IMG/VR virus record: IMGVR_UViG_3300022872_000001
Span: 32,001 to 96,000 of that record
Origin: a virus
Length of the DNA: 64,000 nucleotides
Direction: 5' to 3' (one strand)
Made by a program: the position numbers and the translations under genes. Positions 36,255 through 45,171 of this stretch are shown piece by piece. The notes below the pieces were generated by a model, which worked only from the letters and a program-made list of their open reading frames with translations, searched no databases and was not told the origin of the DNA. Positions within the stretch are counted from its first letter, which is position 1; each line of letters starts with the position of its first letter.

Positions 36255-36654
36255 GAAGGATAAGAGTAAAAATAAGAGTAAAAATAAGAGTAAGGATAAA
36301 ACCAAGAAGAAACCGTTGGTACGCACCTTAGGTGGTTTGGTATTTTATCCGAAACTTAAGAAAACCCGCACTGATATTTTTTATTCAGTTGCAGAATGGA
36401 TAGAAGCTAAGAAGCCAGACAATGTTTATATCCATGATGCCCTGGAAACCTTGAATACAGCGAACATTGAAATAGTTGACGCTGTGTGTCACAGAGGTGT
36501 TTATACGAAAACCATAGTTCGACCTATGGTTACAACCACAGTAAATAAGATAGGATTACGCAATTTGCATCCGCGACAAAGTCCTACAATGGTTAAAACT
36601 ATGGCCGGCATTCACGTTGCTGACGTGCGCGACCATCACAAAATGGTCTACTAA
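36217..36654 (+). CDS. hypothetical protein with Lys-rich N-terminal repeat (KSKN)
   Basis: ORF; AAGAGTAAAAAT-type short repeats. Confidence 0.55.
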   Translation: MKNSTKLVSSKNKKDKSKNKSKNKSKDKTKKKPLVRTLGGLVFYPKLKKTRTDIFYSVAEWIEAKKPDNVYIHDALETLNTANIEIVDAVCHRGVYTKTIVRPMVTTTVNKIGLRNLHPRQSPTMVKTMAGIHVADVRDHHKMVY

Positions 36655-36667
36655 CAAGGAATTATTT

Positions 36668-37330
36668 ATGCAATATTCAAAAGATGTGGAAGTAGGAATG
36701 GCTGTTCATGAACACCTAATTGCGCGTGGTGTTGAGACTCCCTTCACTTTCAAAGAGCCTAATAAGGCCTCGATTGAACAGCATTTCATCGGCATCATGC
36801 AGGAGATCGGTTTGGACCTAGCAGATGATTCATTGATCGAAACACCAAAACGATTAGCCAAGCTATACACTACCGAGTTCTGTTCTGGTTTAGACTATCG
36901 TAATTTCCCCAAAGCTACCGTGGTAGAAAACAAGATGTGCTATGACGAAATGGTTCTGGAACGGAATGTACAGGTATACAGTCTCTGTGAACATCATTTT
37001 TTACCTGTGGTAGGCGGAGCCTTCGTGGCTTACATTCCGAATGAAAAGGTAATCGGTCTGTCCAAGCTTAATCGTATCGTTGACTTCTTTAGCCGTCGTC
37101 CTCAGATTCAGGAACGGTTAACTGCGCAGATTCAGGAGACCCTTAAGTTTCTTTTGGAAACGGATAACGTTGCGGTAGTCATTCAAGCTGAACATATGTG
37201 CGTTAAGCTGCGTGGTGTTGAGGATGCTTGCAGTGACACTACAACATCGAAATTGAGCGGCACATTCAAGACCAATCCTACTACGCGGGCTGAATTCTTC
37301 TCCCTGTGCAAAGGCTTGTTGCCTGTATGA
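36668..37330 (+). CDS. folE: GTP cyclohydrolase I
   Basis: ETPKRLAK, SLCEHHFLP, GLSKLNR, RRPQIQERLT, AEHMCVKLRGV. Confidence 0.96.
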   Translation: MQYSKDVEVGMAVHEHLIARGVETPFTFKEPNKASIEQHFIGIMQEIGLDLADDSLIETPKRLAKLYTTEFCSGLDYRNFPKATVVENKMCYDEMVLERNVQVYSLCEHHFLPVVGGAFVAYIPNEKVIGLSKLNRIVDFFSRRPQIQERLTAQIQETLKFLLETDNVAVVIQAEHMCVKLRGVEDACSDTTTSKLSGTFKTNPTTRAEFFSLCKGLLPV

Positions 37331-37356
37331 TATCACCTGATTCCGAAGGACACATA

Positions 37357-37821
37357 ATGGCCATCCTTGAATTAACAAATAAGCCTATCATTGCAGATAT
37401 CGACGGATGCTGTTTAGATCCTGAGGAACGTATTCCTAACGCTGAGGCTAAGGATTGGGAAGGATACCATGCATTATGGCGCACAGACACGCCAATTATG
37501 GCGGGTTGCCTTACCTACGCCTTGTTCATCGAGTCAGGTCACAATCTGATTTTCGTTACAGCCCGGGAAGAAAAAGCCAGGGAATACACTCTGTTCCAAC
37601 TTCGGAAGTTCATATCACCTAACGTAACCTCTGATATGTTGTTGATGCGGCCCAATGACAGCTATTCCATTCCGGATGTGGTATTGAAACCCCAATTGGT
37701 TCAGGACGCAGGTTACAAAATTGAGGATATCTTGATGGTATTCGAAGACCGAACTGTAATGGTTAATGAGTGGCGACGATTGGGTGTCATCTGTTATCAA
37801 ACCGCACAACGCGACGATTAA
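37357..37821 (+). CDS. HAD phosphatase (PseT/PNKP phosphatase-domain-like)
   Basis: ADIDG, FVTAR, LLMRP, FEDR. Confidence 0.85.
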   Translation: MAILELTNKPIIADIDGCCLDPEERIPNAEAKDWEGYHALWRTDTPIMAGCLTYALFIESGHNLIFVTAREEKAREYTLFQLRKFISPNVTSDMLLMRPNDSYSIPDVVLKPQLVQDAGYKIEDILMVFEDRTVMVNEWRRLGVICYQTAQRDD

Positions 37822-37828
37822 GGCTCCT

Positions 37829-38089
37829 ATGGCTTTCTCTCTGTTTCCCAAATTGGTATATGGAATACAAAAGGTAACGTTTCATCCTAAATCAGCTATA
37901 GATTATATACTGGGTGATACGGTATACGTAATTATGGATCCCTTGGAACCTAGCATGGGAGCAGAGGGAATAATAACCCTAGTTTATCCGGATGACACAT
38001 ATCAGGTTGTTCTCACAGGTTTGAATGTTGGCGTATCTTTGCGCGTAAATAAGAAACAGTTAATAAATAAAAGGTTTGAAAATGAGTAA
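37829..38089 (+). CDS. hypothetical protein (SH3-like beta pattern)
   Basis: ORF between the HAD and queE genes. Confidence 0.55.
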   Translation: MAFSLFPKLVYGIQKVTFHPKSAIDYILGDTVYVIMDPLEPSMGAEGIITLVYPDDTYQVVLTGLNVGVSLRVNKKQLINKRFENE

Positions 38090-38888
38090 AGTTATCCCTA
38101 TAGTTTCTGTCATTCAAAATGTGGATCGTAACGTAAAAGCTAAGGAATATGATGCATTAGATGGCGATCTTCTCGTCACTTCCATATTCCGCACCATTCA
38201 AGGCGAAGGTCCCTACGCAGGTTACCCTTCTGTCTTCGTTCGGTTAGCTGGTTGCAACTTTGGTTCCAAGGATTCCAATTGCCAGTTTTGTGATTCTTTT
38301 TTCGGATTCGATCAAGGCCGGCGTGTTTCTTCCTTGCAGCTACTTGAAGAACTTACCAGTCTGCCAGGTTATAACTCTCAGGATGTGTTGGTCGTCACAG
38401 GCGGCGAGCCAACGCTGCAACTCGCACTTATCGAATTGTTGGTTAAGGCTAACCTGTATTTCGCGCATGTGCAGATTGAAACGAATGGTACTCAGTCTGG
38501 ATTCTTTAAGCGCGTAGAAGAATTGAATGTCCAGCGTCAGTTCATGACCGTGGTGAGCCCTAAGGCATCCTACCTAGCTAAGCGCTATTCGGAGCTTTCT
38601 CCTATCGTTATGTGGAACGCTACCTGTTTGAAGTTTGTTGTTGATTCCGATCCTGAAAGTCCACATCATATCGTGCCTCAATGGGCTTTTGATTCGCAGA
38701 AGAAGATCTACGTTTCTCCTATGGCAGTGTATCTCAAACCTTATGCTGGTGAAGTATCCAGCATCTGGGAGGACGGTTTGATCGATAAGGCAGCTACTGA
38801 AAAGAACTACAAATATGCGGCTGAGTACGCAATGAAACATAATGTCCTACTGTCGGTACAGACACATTTATTCCTGGGGTTGGCATAA
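38082..38888 (+). CDS. queE: 7-carboxy-7-deazaguanine synthase (radical SAM)
   Basis: FRTIQGEG, VFVRLAGCNFGSKDSNCQFCDS, VTGGEPTLQ, IETNG, VSPK, LSVQTH. Confidence 0.93.
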   Translation: MSKVIPIVSVIQNVDRNVKAKEYDALDGDLLVTSIFRTIQGEGPYAGYPSVFVRLAGCNFGSKDSNCQFCDSFFGFDQGRRVSSLQLLEELTSLPGYNSQDVLVVTGGEPTLQLALIELLVKANLYFAHVQIETNGTQSGFFKRVEELNVQRQFMTVVSPKASYLAKRYSELSPIVMWNATCLKFVVDSDPESPHHIVPQWAFDSQKKIYVSPMAVYLKPYAGEVSSIWEDGLIDKAATEKNYKYAAEYAMKHNVLLSVQTHLFLGLA

Positions 38889-39133
38889 TGGATGACGATC
38901 AACTTCTTCCGTACATAGATACGGTAGCACCTACTCATGAGCGCTTGAGCTGTACGGATACCTCGCCGTGCAACTCGCGCTATGCACCTGATGATTTTGG
39001 TGGTTGTTATCGGTGCACCTTGCTTGCAGCACGTAGGCAAGGTATAGAGGAGGCTGCGCAGTTTATTCTTACTCATCCAAAGAAGAATTCGCCCCGCGCC
39101 AAGTTGGTTAAAGACCTATTGGAGATACCATGA
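38888..39133 (+). CDS. hypothetical protein with Cys cluster
   Basis: SCTDTSPCN...GCYRCTLL. Confidence 0.65.
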   Translation: MDDDQLLPYIDTVAPTHERLSCTDTSPCNSRYAPDDFGGCYRCTLLAARRQGIEEAAQFILTHPKKNSPRAKLVKDLLEIP

Positions 39134-39236
39134 CCTCTGCTTCTAATCCGGTAATAATAAGGTGCACAATACCAAGGGTGACCGCAAGGCTAAAGCTAAA
39201 CAAGCAAAACAGTCACGCAAGAGGAATAGAAAATGA
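39130..39236 (+). pseudogene. frameshifted relic with GNNK...KQSRKRNRK tail
   Basis: SD-ATG at 39130 is out of frame with a module shared by the next two ORFs. Confidence 0.5.
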
Positions 39237-39481
39237 GTCCATTAGATGACGACGATCCTTTAATTACCCAGCCTACTGTAATTGATGAATCTTCTATTCT
39301 CCCAATATATCGTGCACCTACGGTAGATGATGAAATGGGTGGTATAGACGGGCGTAACCATAACGGTTTCTTTAAGAACTACGTAGAGCGCATTGGTAAT
39401 AATAAAGCACATCGCCCTATAAAGAAACGTAGGACTTTAGCCAAGCTGGTAAAGCAATCGCGCAGGAGGAATAGAAAATGA
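39233..39481 (+). CDS. small protein with basic C-terminal module
   Basis: Ends GNNKAHRPIKKRRTLAKLVKQSRRRNRK. Confidence 0.7.
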   Translation: MSPLDDDDPLITQPTVIDESSILPIYRAPTVDDEMGGIDGRNHNGFFKNYVERIGNNKAHRPIKKRRTLAKLVKQSRRRNRK

Positions 39482-39708
39482 ATACCCCAAGATATAACTT
39501 TATGTTGGCAGCCATAGCTGCATTAGGTACTGTAGGTACACCCGTAGAGCGTAAGGAATATCAGCCACCTAGTGAACCTAGTGCGGTTTACAAAGGCCCT
39601 GAAGGTGTTTGTCGCTGCGGTAACAACAAGAAATTCAAAACCTTTGATGAGCGTAAGGCGAAGAAGGCTGCAAAGAAGAGTCGGCAGCGTAATCGGAGAA
39701 TGAAATGA
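39478..39708 (+). CDS. small protein with basic C-terminal module
   Basis: Ends GNNKKFKTFDERKAKKAAKKSRQRNRRMK. Confidence 0.7.
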   Translation: MNTPRYNFMLAAIAALGTVGTPVERKEYQPPSEPSAVYKGPEGVCRCGNNKKFKTFDERKAKKAAKKSRQRNRRMK

Positions 39709-40232
39709 AACGCTGGAAAAGAACGGATGGATACGTTCGCTATTATAAACCGGACATATCAAGATCAAAACGCCGCAAGCACTATCAATCCAAAGGTCGT
39801 GGTTACAATGTACGTAGATCGGATCGCCCTCGTTATACCTCGAAGGCGTATAAGGAATACGTAGCTTTCTATTCGGCTGAATACCGTGGTTACACATTAG
39901 GTGAACTAATGGCAACCGAGCTTTACGAAGAATCCAATAGGCCTGGTTTTATGAGTCGCATCCTAGGGCTTAAGAATGTTATGACTCCCGAAACTCCTGA
40001 AGAGAAGGAACGTCGTATACGGAGAGAGATTTATAAGGAACACACAAAGCCGTATGATCGCCGTAAGAGTTATAAACTGACCGATGAAATGCGGGAAACC
40101 TACAAACGTAAGAAATCGGAAGCCGATGCGAAGTCTCCAGGAATGTTTCCTATACTCTCTTCTTGGTTAACAAATTCAACAGGTATGCGTCTGGAAGAAA
40201 TTCTACGGGACTCTTTCAAAAATTACCCATAA
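39705..40232 (+). CDS. basic hypothetical protein
   Basis: ATGA coupling, R/K/Y-rich. Confidence 0.7.
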   Translation: MKRWKRTDGYVRYYKPDISRSKRRKHYQSKGRGYNVRRSDRPRYTSKAYKEYVAFYSAEYRGYTLGELMATELYEESNRPGFMSRILGLKNVMTPETPEEKERRIRREIYKEHTKPYDRRKSYKLTDEMRETYKRKKSEADAKSPGMFPILSSWLTNSTGMRLEEILRDSFKNYP

Positions 40233-40245
40233 CTAAGGAATTATT

Positions 40246-40596
40246 ATGACTCAAATTTATAAAGACCACAACGGCGTTACTGTCACAGCTATTCCAGCGT
40301 CTGTTAAGATTGAAAATCTTCCTGTACAAGAGGGGCACGTCTACACTGTGGATTCAGGGATTCGCCAACAAGTTATTCACTTTCAGTCTGGTCCTGTCCC
40401 TACAAGTGGTGTCAACGGTTTGACCAACGAAGCTTTGCTAACCATCCTTATTCACCGTACAAAGATTCTTGATGCCAAATTCGGATGCGATGAGAACAAA
40501 CGTGCTATCCAACATATGGAAGAAGCCCTCGTAAACCTTGAGGTACGCACAGCACGTCGTATGGTTAGAGGTGTCGAAGGTAAGGAAGTTACATGA
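40246..40596 (+). CDS. tad1: Tad1-like anti-Thoeris immune-signal sponge
   Basis: IHFQSGPV...GVNGLTNEALL...CDENKRAIQHMEEAL..L..RTARRMVRGVEG matches the recalled Tad1 consensus. Confidence 0.8.
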   Translation: MTQIYKDHNGVTVTAIPASVKIENLPVQEGHVYTVDSGIRQQVIHFQSGPVPTSGVNGLTNEALLTILIHRTKILDAKFGCDENKRAIQHMEEALVNLEVRTARRMVRGVEGKEVT

Positions 40597-40749
40597 TTAA
40601 ATGTGAGGTTATAACTCCCTCTTTATCCTCTGCTGTAGCTGATTGGTATCAAAGGGCTGCCAATTCTCTAGAAGTTTCCCGTTTCCTATCTGGTTCCTCA
40701 TCTGTCTTTTGACCTACCTCCGGACAGCACCTGGACTAAAACATTTATA

Positions 40750-41109
40750 ATGGATACGTATCAGGAGGGACTTGCTATTCTAAGTACAGATAGAGCTTTC
40801 CCAGGTACAGTAAGCATTTGTCTTCATGTATTGCCTAGCACCCGTCAGAAATTGACCGCAGGTTCTCTAATAGCATTCTCTCATGACTATGCGAGATTCA
40901 ATCTTGCTTGTAAATACTTGGAATGGACGGTACATGGTACCAACGATAAGTGTCTATCTCTGTCCTTGATTAAAGCCACTCAGTGGGGACAGCGTGATGA
41001 CGTAATGTGGGATTCTGAATTAGGTGAGAGTGTTGCTGCTCATTCCTTCCGTTATAAATTAAAAGATAAGAGGTTATACCGTGGAAAAAGAAGTAATCAA
41101 GTTTCTTGA
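40750..41109 (+). CDS. hypothetical protein
   Basis: ORF in run. Confidence 0.55.
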   Translation: MDTYQEGLAILSTDRAFPGTVSICLHVLPSTRQKLTAGSLIAFSHDYARFNLACKYLEWTVHGTNDKCLSLSLIKATQWGQRDDVMWDSELGESVAAHSFRYKLKDKRLYRGKRSNQVS

Positions 41110-41524
41110 AACTGCCTGCAAACGTGCAGATTACAATCCTGCATTAACCATTTTGGTGGTGACTGCGCGGGAAGATGTTTTTGATGACATTCGCAAAGCA
41201 GTGCACAACATCTGTTTAACCGCCCTCAAGGCATCCTGGGCCTCGGATAACGGAGACTTTGATGAATTCTCCGTAGAACCTGTATCCACAGTTTGGCTTA
41301 CTCCCAATGATGAGTTCACACCGCGCGGGCACTCGTCAATTGCAGCCATTGTTGATGCTGAAACTAAACCTACTCCAGGTACGGTAAAAGCGATTGCCCT
41401 TTCCTTGGCCGATAAATCTCGTTCCTTGAAACTTGATGTTAAATCGATGATTCTGGAGGCTTCCTTATTTGGAGGCTACAGTAGAAACGATTGGACATCC
41501 GATGATCCTAAGGAATCAGCATGA
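41081..41524 (+). CDS. hypothetical protein
   Basis: GAGG-GTG start. Confidence 0.65.
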   Translation: MEKEVIKFLETACKRADYNPALTILVVTAREDVFDDIRKAVHNICLTALKASWASDNGDFDEFSVEPVSTVWLTPNDEFTPRGHSSIAAIVDAETKPTPGTVKAIALSLADKSRSLKLDVKSMILEASLFGGYSRNDWTSDDPKESA

Positions 41525-41736
41525 GTTACGGTGAAGGTCCCGTAATATACAGCCTTCCTAAACTTATCTTAGATAAGGAATATCAGGAACAGATTACTTC
41601 CACCTCTGTGTATTTGAACGGTAGGTGGGTACCTGCTCGCTGCACCCAACGTATCCCCGGTTTCTTCGGAAAACTTAAACTTGCCTATGGTGTATTCACA
41701 GGTAAATACGATGTTCTGGATTGGGACGGTCAGTAA
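41521..41736 (+). CDS. hypothetical protein
   Basis: GRWVPAR...KLKLAYGVFTGKYDVL phage-type motif. Confidence 0.75.
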   Translation: MSYGEGPVIYSLPKLILDKEYQEQITSTSVYLNGRWVPARCTQRIPGFFGKLKLAYGVFTGKYDVLDWDGQ

Positions 41737-41975
41737 TGGACAATAAGACACGGAAGAAACTAGCTAAACAGGTCATCAAGAATGTGTTTGGTGAATTACG
41801 GAATGATAATCCAAAAGAAGTAATTGACGCATTGGAAGATGCACATAAGGATAATGTCAAACTTATTAAGGATAACTCAAGACTTGAAAAGGAGAATGCT
41901 ATCTTAGCTGCTGAAAACCGTGAGCTGAAAACTAAACTTGGCTTACCTGTACCTACTTTGTCGGAACACGATTAA
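41736..41975 (+). CDS. coiled-coil hypothetical protein
   Basis: TAATG coupling. Confidence 0.65.
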   Translation: MDNKTRKKLAKQVIKNVFGELRNDNPKEVIDALEDAHKDNVKLIKDNSRLEKENAILAAENRELKTKLGLPVPTLSEHD

Positions 41976-41984
41976 GGAGTTATC

Positions 41985-42305
41985 ATGGCTGATTTCTTCA
42001 TTACTGAATCACAGGTTATTGGTAAGGTTCATGCTCTACGTAGTACTTGTAAACAGCATCATTTGAATCTTAAATACGGCTTTGTTATTGACGCTTTGTC
42101 TCGTGCCGTGGGCTGTAAGAGCCATGCTGATTTTCTAACGACAATCCGAAACCACAAACCAGTTAAGGCTTTCAGTTTATCTGTATTCATAGAACGCCTA
42201 TCTAGTCTAACCTCTCTTGAATTTGCAATTAAGGTAGAGGCAGTTCTTATTGATACGCAGTACGCAGAGAATTTTAATAACCATATCAAAGAAGCCGAGG
42301 AATAA
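41985..42305 (+). CDS. hypothetical protein
   Basis: AAGGAG SD. Confidence 0.7.
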   Translation: MADFFITESQVIGKVHALRSTCKQHHLNLKYGFVIDALSRAVGCKSHADFLTTIRNHKPVKAFSLSVFIERLSSLTSLEFAIKVEAVLIDTQYAENFNNHIKEAEE

Positions 42306-42456
42306 ACATATACGTGCTACAGATGCGGCCTCTATGAACAAAGCACATGTTCATCCTGTAATTCGAATTAATGCGCTGGATGATTTTCAGATCGAAACAA
42401 TATCGAACATCAATAAGCTTATCAAAAGTCTTAAAGATCAACTCAAGGAAATTAAA

Positions 42457-43134
42457 ATGCCTCAAGAAATTAAAGTTTTAAATCATGGATCCATTCGTTT
42501 GGTAGATCACATGGGTAGTGACCTTTCTGTTGTTAGGTCGGCCCGTGTTAGTTATGATGCTGAATGGCGCGCAGGGGAAGACGCAGGTAAAGATGCAAAA
42601 CTCATTAACTACCTGATGAAAAATCATCATACTTCTCCTTTCGAATCTGTTACCTTTACCTTTGAAGTCAAAGCCCCTATATTTGTGTTTCGCCAGTGGC
42701 ATCGTCATCGCACCTGGTCTTTCAATGAAATCTCTGCGCGTTACTCGGAATTACCGGAAGAGTATTACGTACCTGAGGTGTGCAAGATTACAAGCCAATC
42801 TGTAAATAATAAGCAGCAGCGAACTGAAGAAATTATTGAGTCAGCTATCTATGTAAAAGATCTTATAGATAGACAATGCGCGGGCGCGTTTGCTACCTAT
42901 AAAGAACTACTAGCCAAAGGTTGCCCGCGTGAACTTGCCCGAGGTGTTTTGCCAGTTAATACCTACAGTAAAATGTTTGCCACAATTGATCTGCATAACC
43001 TTCTTGGATTCATTCGTTTGCGTGATCATAGCCATGCCCAATATGAGATTCAGGTATATGCTCAAGCCATGCTGGAACTGATTGAACCTATTGTACCAGA
43101 ATCAATTAAGGCTTTTAAATCAACCTTGGTTTAA
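42457..43134 (+). CDS. thyX: FAD-dependent thymidylate synthase
   Basis: SARVSY, HTSPFE, RQWHRHRTWSFNEISARY (ThyX motif), ELARGVLP; start re-called to MPQEIKV. Confidence 0.96.
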   Translation: MPQEIKVLNHGSIRLVDHMGSDLSVVRSARVSYDAEWRAGEDAGKDAKLINYLMKNHHTSPFESVTFTFEVKAPIFVFRQWHRHRTWSFNEISARYSELPEEYYVPEVCKITSQSVNNKQQRTEEIIESAIYVKDLIDRQCAGAFATYKELLAKGCPRELARGVLPVNTYSKMFATIDLHNLLGFIRLRDHSHAQYEIQVYAQAMLELIEPIVPESIKAFKSTLV

Positions 43135-43299
43135 GAACGTTATGACCCCCTTAATGGTTCCGATCTACCTCTGGATGAAATGCGCAGTTACCGTCCTGTT
43201 GAATTTTTAATGCCTAAGGACGATGAGGTTTCAGCTCATCTCTATCTAAACCGAATGAACGTGCCACGTTACACGTTAAGCTGTCAACTTTACCAGCGT

Positions 43300-44454
43300 T
43301 CGATTCACTGAGCGCCTTTTCACAGTAATGTGATTAGCAAACCTTGTTAAACGGGGGATAGCTCACGTAGCCAATCCCGTGCTAACTTTCTAATTAATTG
43401 TAGGTGTACATTTTAGGTATCCAATTTAATATCGTTATTATTTAGCGAGGTTAATATGGATATACTATGTGGTGTTTATAAGATAACTAGTAAGGCGACA
43501 AAAAGGTTTTATTACGGAAGTTCTGCTAATATGCGTAAACGTAAGAAAGGTCACTTAAAGGCACTTTCAAACAATAGACATCATAATAGTAGACTACAGG
43601 CAGTGTACAACTCTTACGGGTTACATGACCTATCTTTTACCGTAGTAAAGCTATGTAGTATTACTAGAGCGCGAAAATTAGAGCAACAATACATTACTGA
43701 TAATTGTAAAAATAAGAAAATGCTAAATATAGGCTTAGGCGCCATAGGTGGTGATAACTTAACTAACAATCCAAACCGTAAAACTATAGTTGCGAAAATT
43801 ACTAAAGCTGTGCAGGACCGTATGAATACAATGACCAAGGCAGAACGAGTTGAAGCTTTTGGTAGACAAGGTCCTGCAAATGGTATGTATGGTAAAACTC
43901 ATACAAAAGAAGCTAGAGCAAAAATATCTAAAAACAATACTGGTAAAACTATAGATCATAGTGGTTGGGTTCCAACTTCTGAAAATGTCGCTAACTATCA
44001 AAAGGCAGCAAGACTAAGAGTTGCACAAGAGGATTACGTAAACCCTTTCACAGATAAAGTACACAGTAAGAAGACTTTAAAACATTTGTCTAACCTTGCT
44101 AAAGCTCGGTATGCTTCAGGCATACTTCCAGGTAATACACGCAAAGTTAAGATAGAAGGTAAAGTATATGAAAGTGTTTCTGCTGCAAGCCGAGCAATCG
44201 GCAAAGGTAAACCTACTATCGTATATCGCTTAAAATCTCCTTACTGGGACTACATATATTTAGATTAAATGCCTAACGACTATCGAACGCACGTATTAAA
44301 TACGGAAGCTAGTAGAGTAGAGCCAAGTGGCTCGAAGTGCAAGGATTCCTTTAGTTAGGAATGTGATATAGTCTACTCTGCATAGTGATATGCAGCAGCC
44401 TGTAACTGAGGACGACAGGCGGTTATAGTCTAACGAACTATAGCGAATATAATG
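43300..44454 (+). mobile_element. group I self-splicing intron (phage IA2-like); 5' splice site uncertain by a few nt
   Basis: P3 CCTTGT(43342)/GCAAGG(44339), P4 ACGGG/CCCGT, P7 GACTA(44278)/TAGTC(44369), P8 TTCCT/AGGAA, P9-9.2 hairpins, 5' exon ends in T, terminal G, in-frame rejoining QR|SCD. Confidence 0.9.
43456..44268 (+). CDS. intron-encoded GIY-YIG homing endonuclease (I-TevI/I-BmoI-like, NUMOD3)
   Basis: CGVYKI...FYYGSS..MRKR...H, EQQYI, LNI; NGMYGKTHTKEARAKIS; C-terminal HTH. Confidence 0.92.
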   Translation: MDILCGVYKITSKATKRFYYGSSANMRKRKKGHLKALSNNRHHNSRLQAVYNSYGLHDLSFTVVKLCSITRARKLEQQYITDNCKNKKMLNIGLGAIGGDNLTNNPNRKTIVAKITKAVQDRMNTMTKAERVEAFGRQGPANGMYGKTHTKEARAKISKNNTGKTIDHSGWVPTSENVANYQKAARLRVAQEDYVNPFTDKVHSKKTLKHLSNLAKARYASGILPGNTRKVKIEGKVYESVSAASRAIGKGKPTIVYRLKSPYWDYIYLD

Positions 44455-44744
44455 TCTTGTGATTCCTTCCTCAGCGTTCCGTTCAACATCGCCAGCTATG
44501 CATTGCTAACTGAAATGATGGCACAACAGGTAAACATGGTTGCTGATGAATTTATCTGGACAGGCGGCGACTGCCATATCTACTCCAATCATTACGAACA
44601 GGTGGAAGAACAGTTATCGCGTGAACCATTCCCGTATCCAACATTGAAGCTCAATAAAGCTGCATCAATTTTCGATTATAAATTTGAAGATATTGTTATC
44701 GAGGACTATCAATGTCATCCAGCGATCAAAGCGCCAGTAGCCGT

Positions 44745-45164
44745 ATGACCTCCCTTACTGAATCTAACGCCAACGACTATTTAGTTTGGTCAGACATGGT
44801 TCAGGATTATGATCCTGATTTAACTTGGGAGCGCATAAAGAATGCCTGGAATACGATCCTGTTTAATCCTGACATATACGGATATTTGATAAGGGTGGAC
44901 AATCAGATCGTAGGCTTCGCGCATTTGGTGTACCATACATTCCCATTTGCGGTAGGCACTACGTGTTATTTATCCGATCTCTACGTTAAGCGTGAGTTTC
45001 GACGTAAAGGAATCGCTACCGAAGTTCTTAATCAATTTATTCAAATTGCGAAAGACAGTAAATGGGAAAGGTTATATTGGGTTACTGAACACGGTAACCC
45101 GGCGCGTACTCTATACGACTCAGTTGCAAAGTGTGAGTTTGTGCGCTACCACACAGATTTTTAG
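44745..45164 (+). CDS. GNAT N-acetyltransferase
   Basis: YLSDLYV...RRKGIAT, LYWVT...NPARTLYD. Confidence 0.88.
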   Translation: MTSLTESNANDYLVWSDMVQDYDPDLTWERIKNAWNTILFNPDIYGYLIRVDNQIVGFAHLVYHTFPFAVGTTCYLSDLYVKREFRRKGIATEVLNQFIQIAKDSKWERLYWVTEHGNPARTLYDSVAKCEFVRYHTDF

Positions 45165-45171
45165 GAACAGT

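Larger units (their letters stand above)
43135..44748 (+). pseudogene. thyA: 5'-truncated thyA relic interrupted by a group I intron
   Basis: In frame after the thyX TAA: ERYD...NVPRYTLSCQLYQR | intron | [18 protein letters not shown]...GDCHIYSNH...[10 protein letters not shown]; catalytic PCH region absent. Confidence 0.88.

Noticed and set aside
42330-42456. Possible thyA N-terminal remnant upstream of thyX (ISNINKLIKSLKD resembling IDQI..LI..LK)
   Set aside because: Too short and degenerate, with no neighbouring ThyA motifs (YG.QW, SRR, AWN); the 69-aa thyX N-extension in the ORF track is also not accepted as a true start
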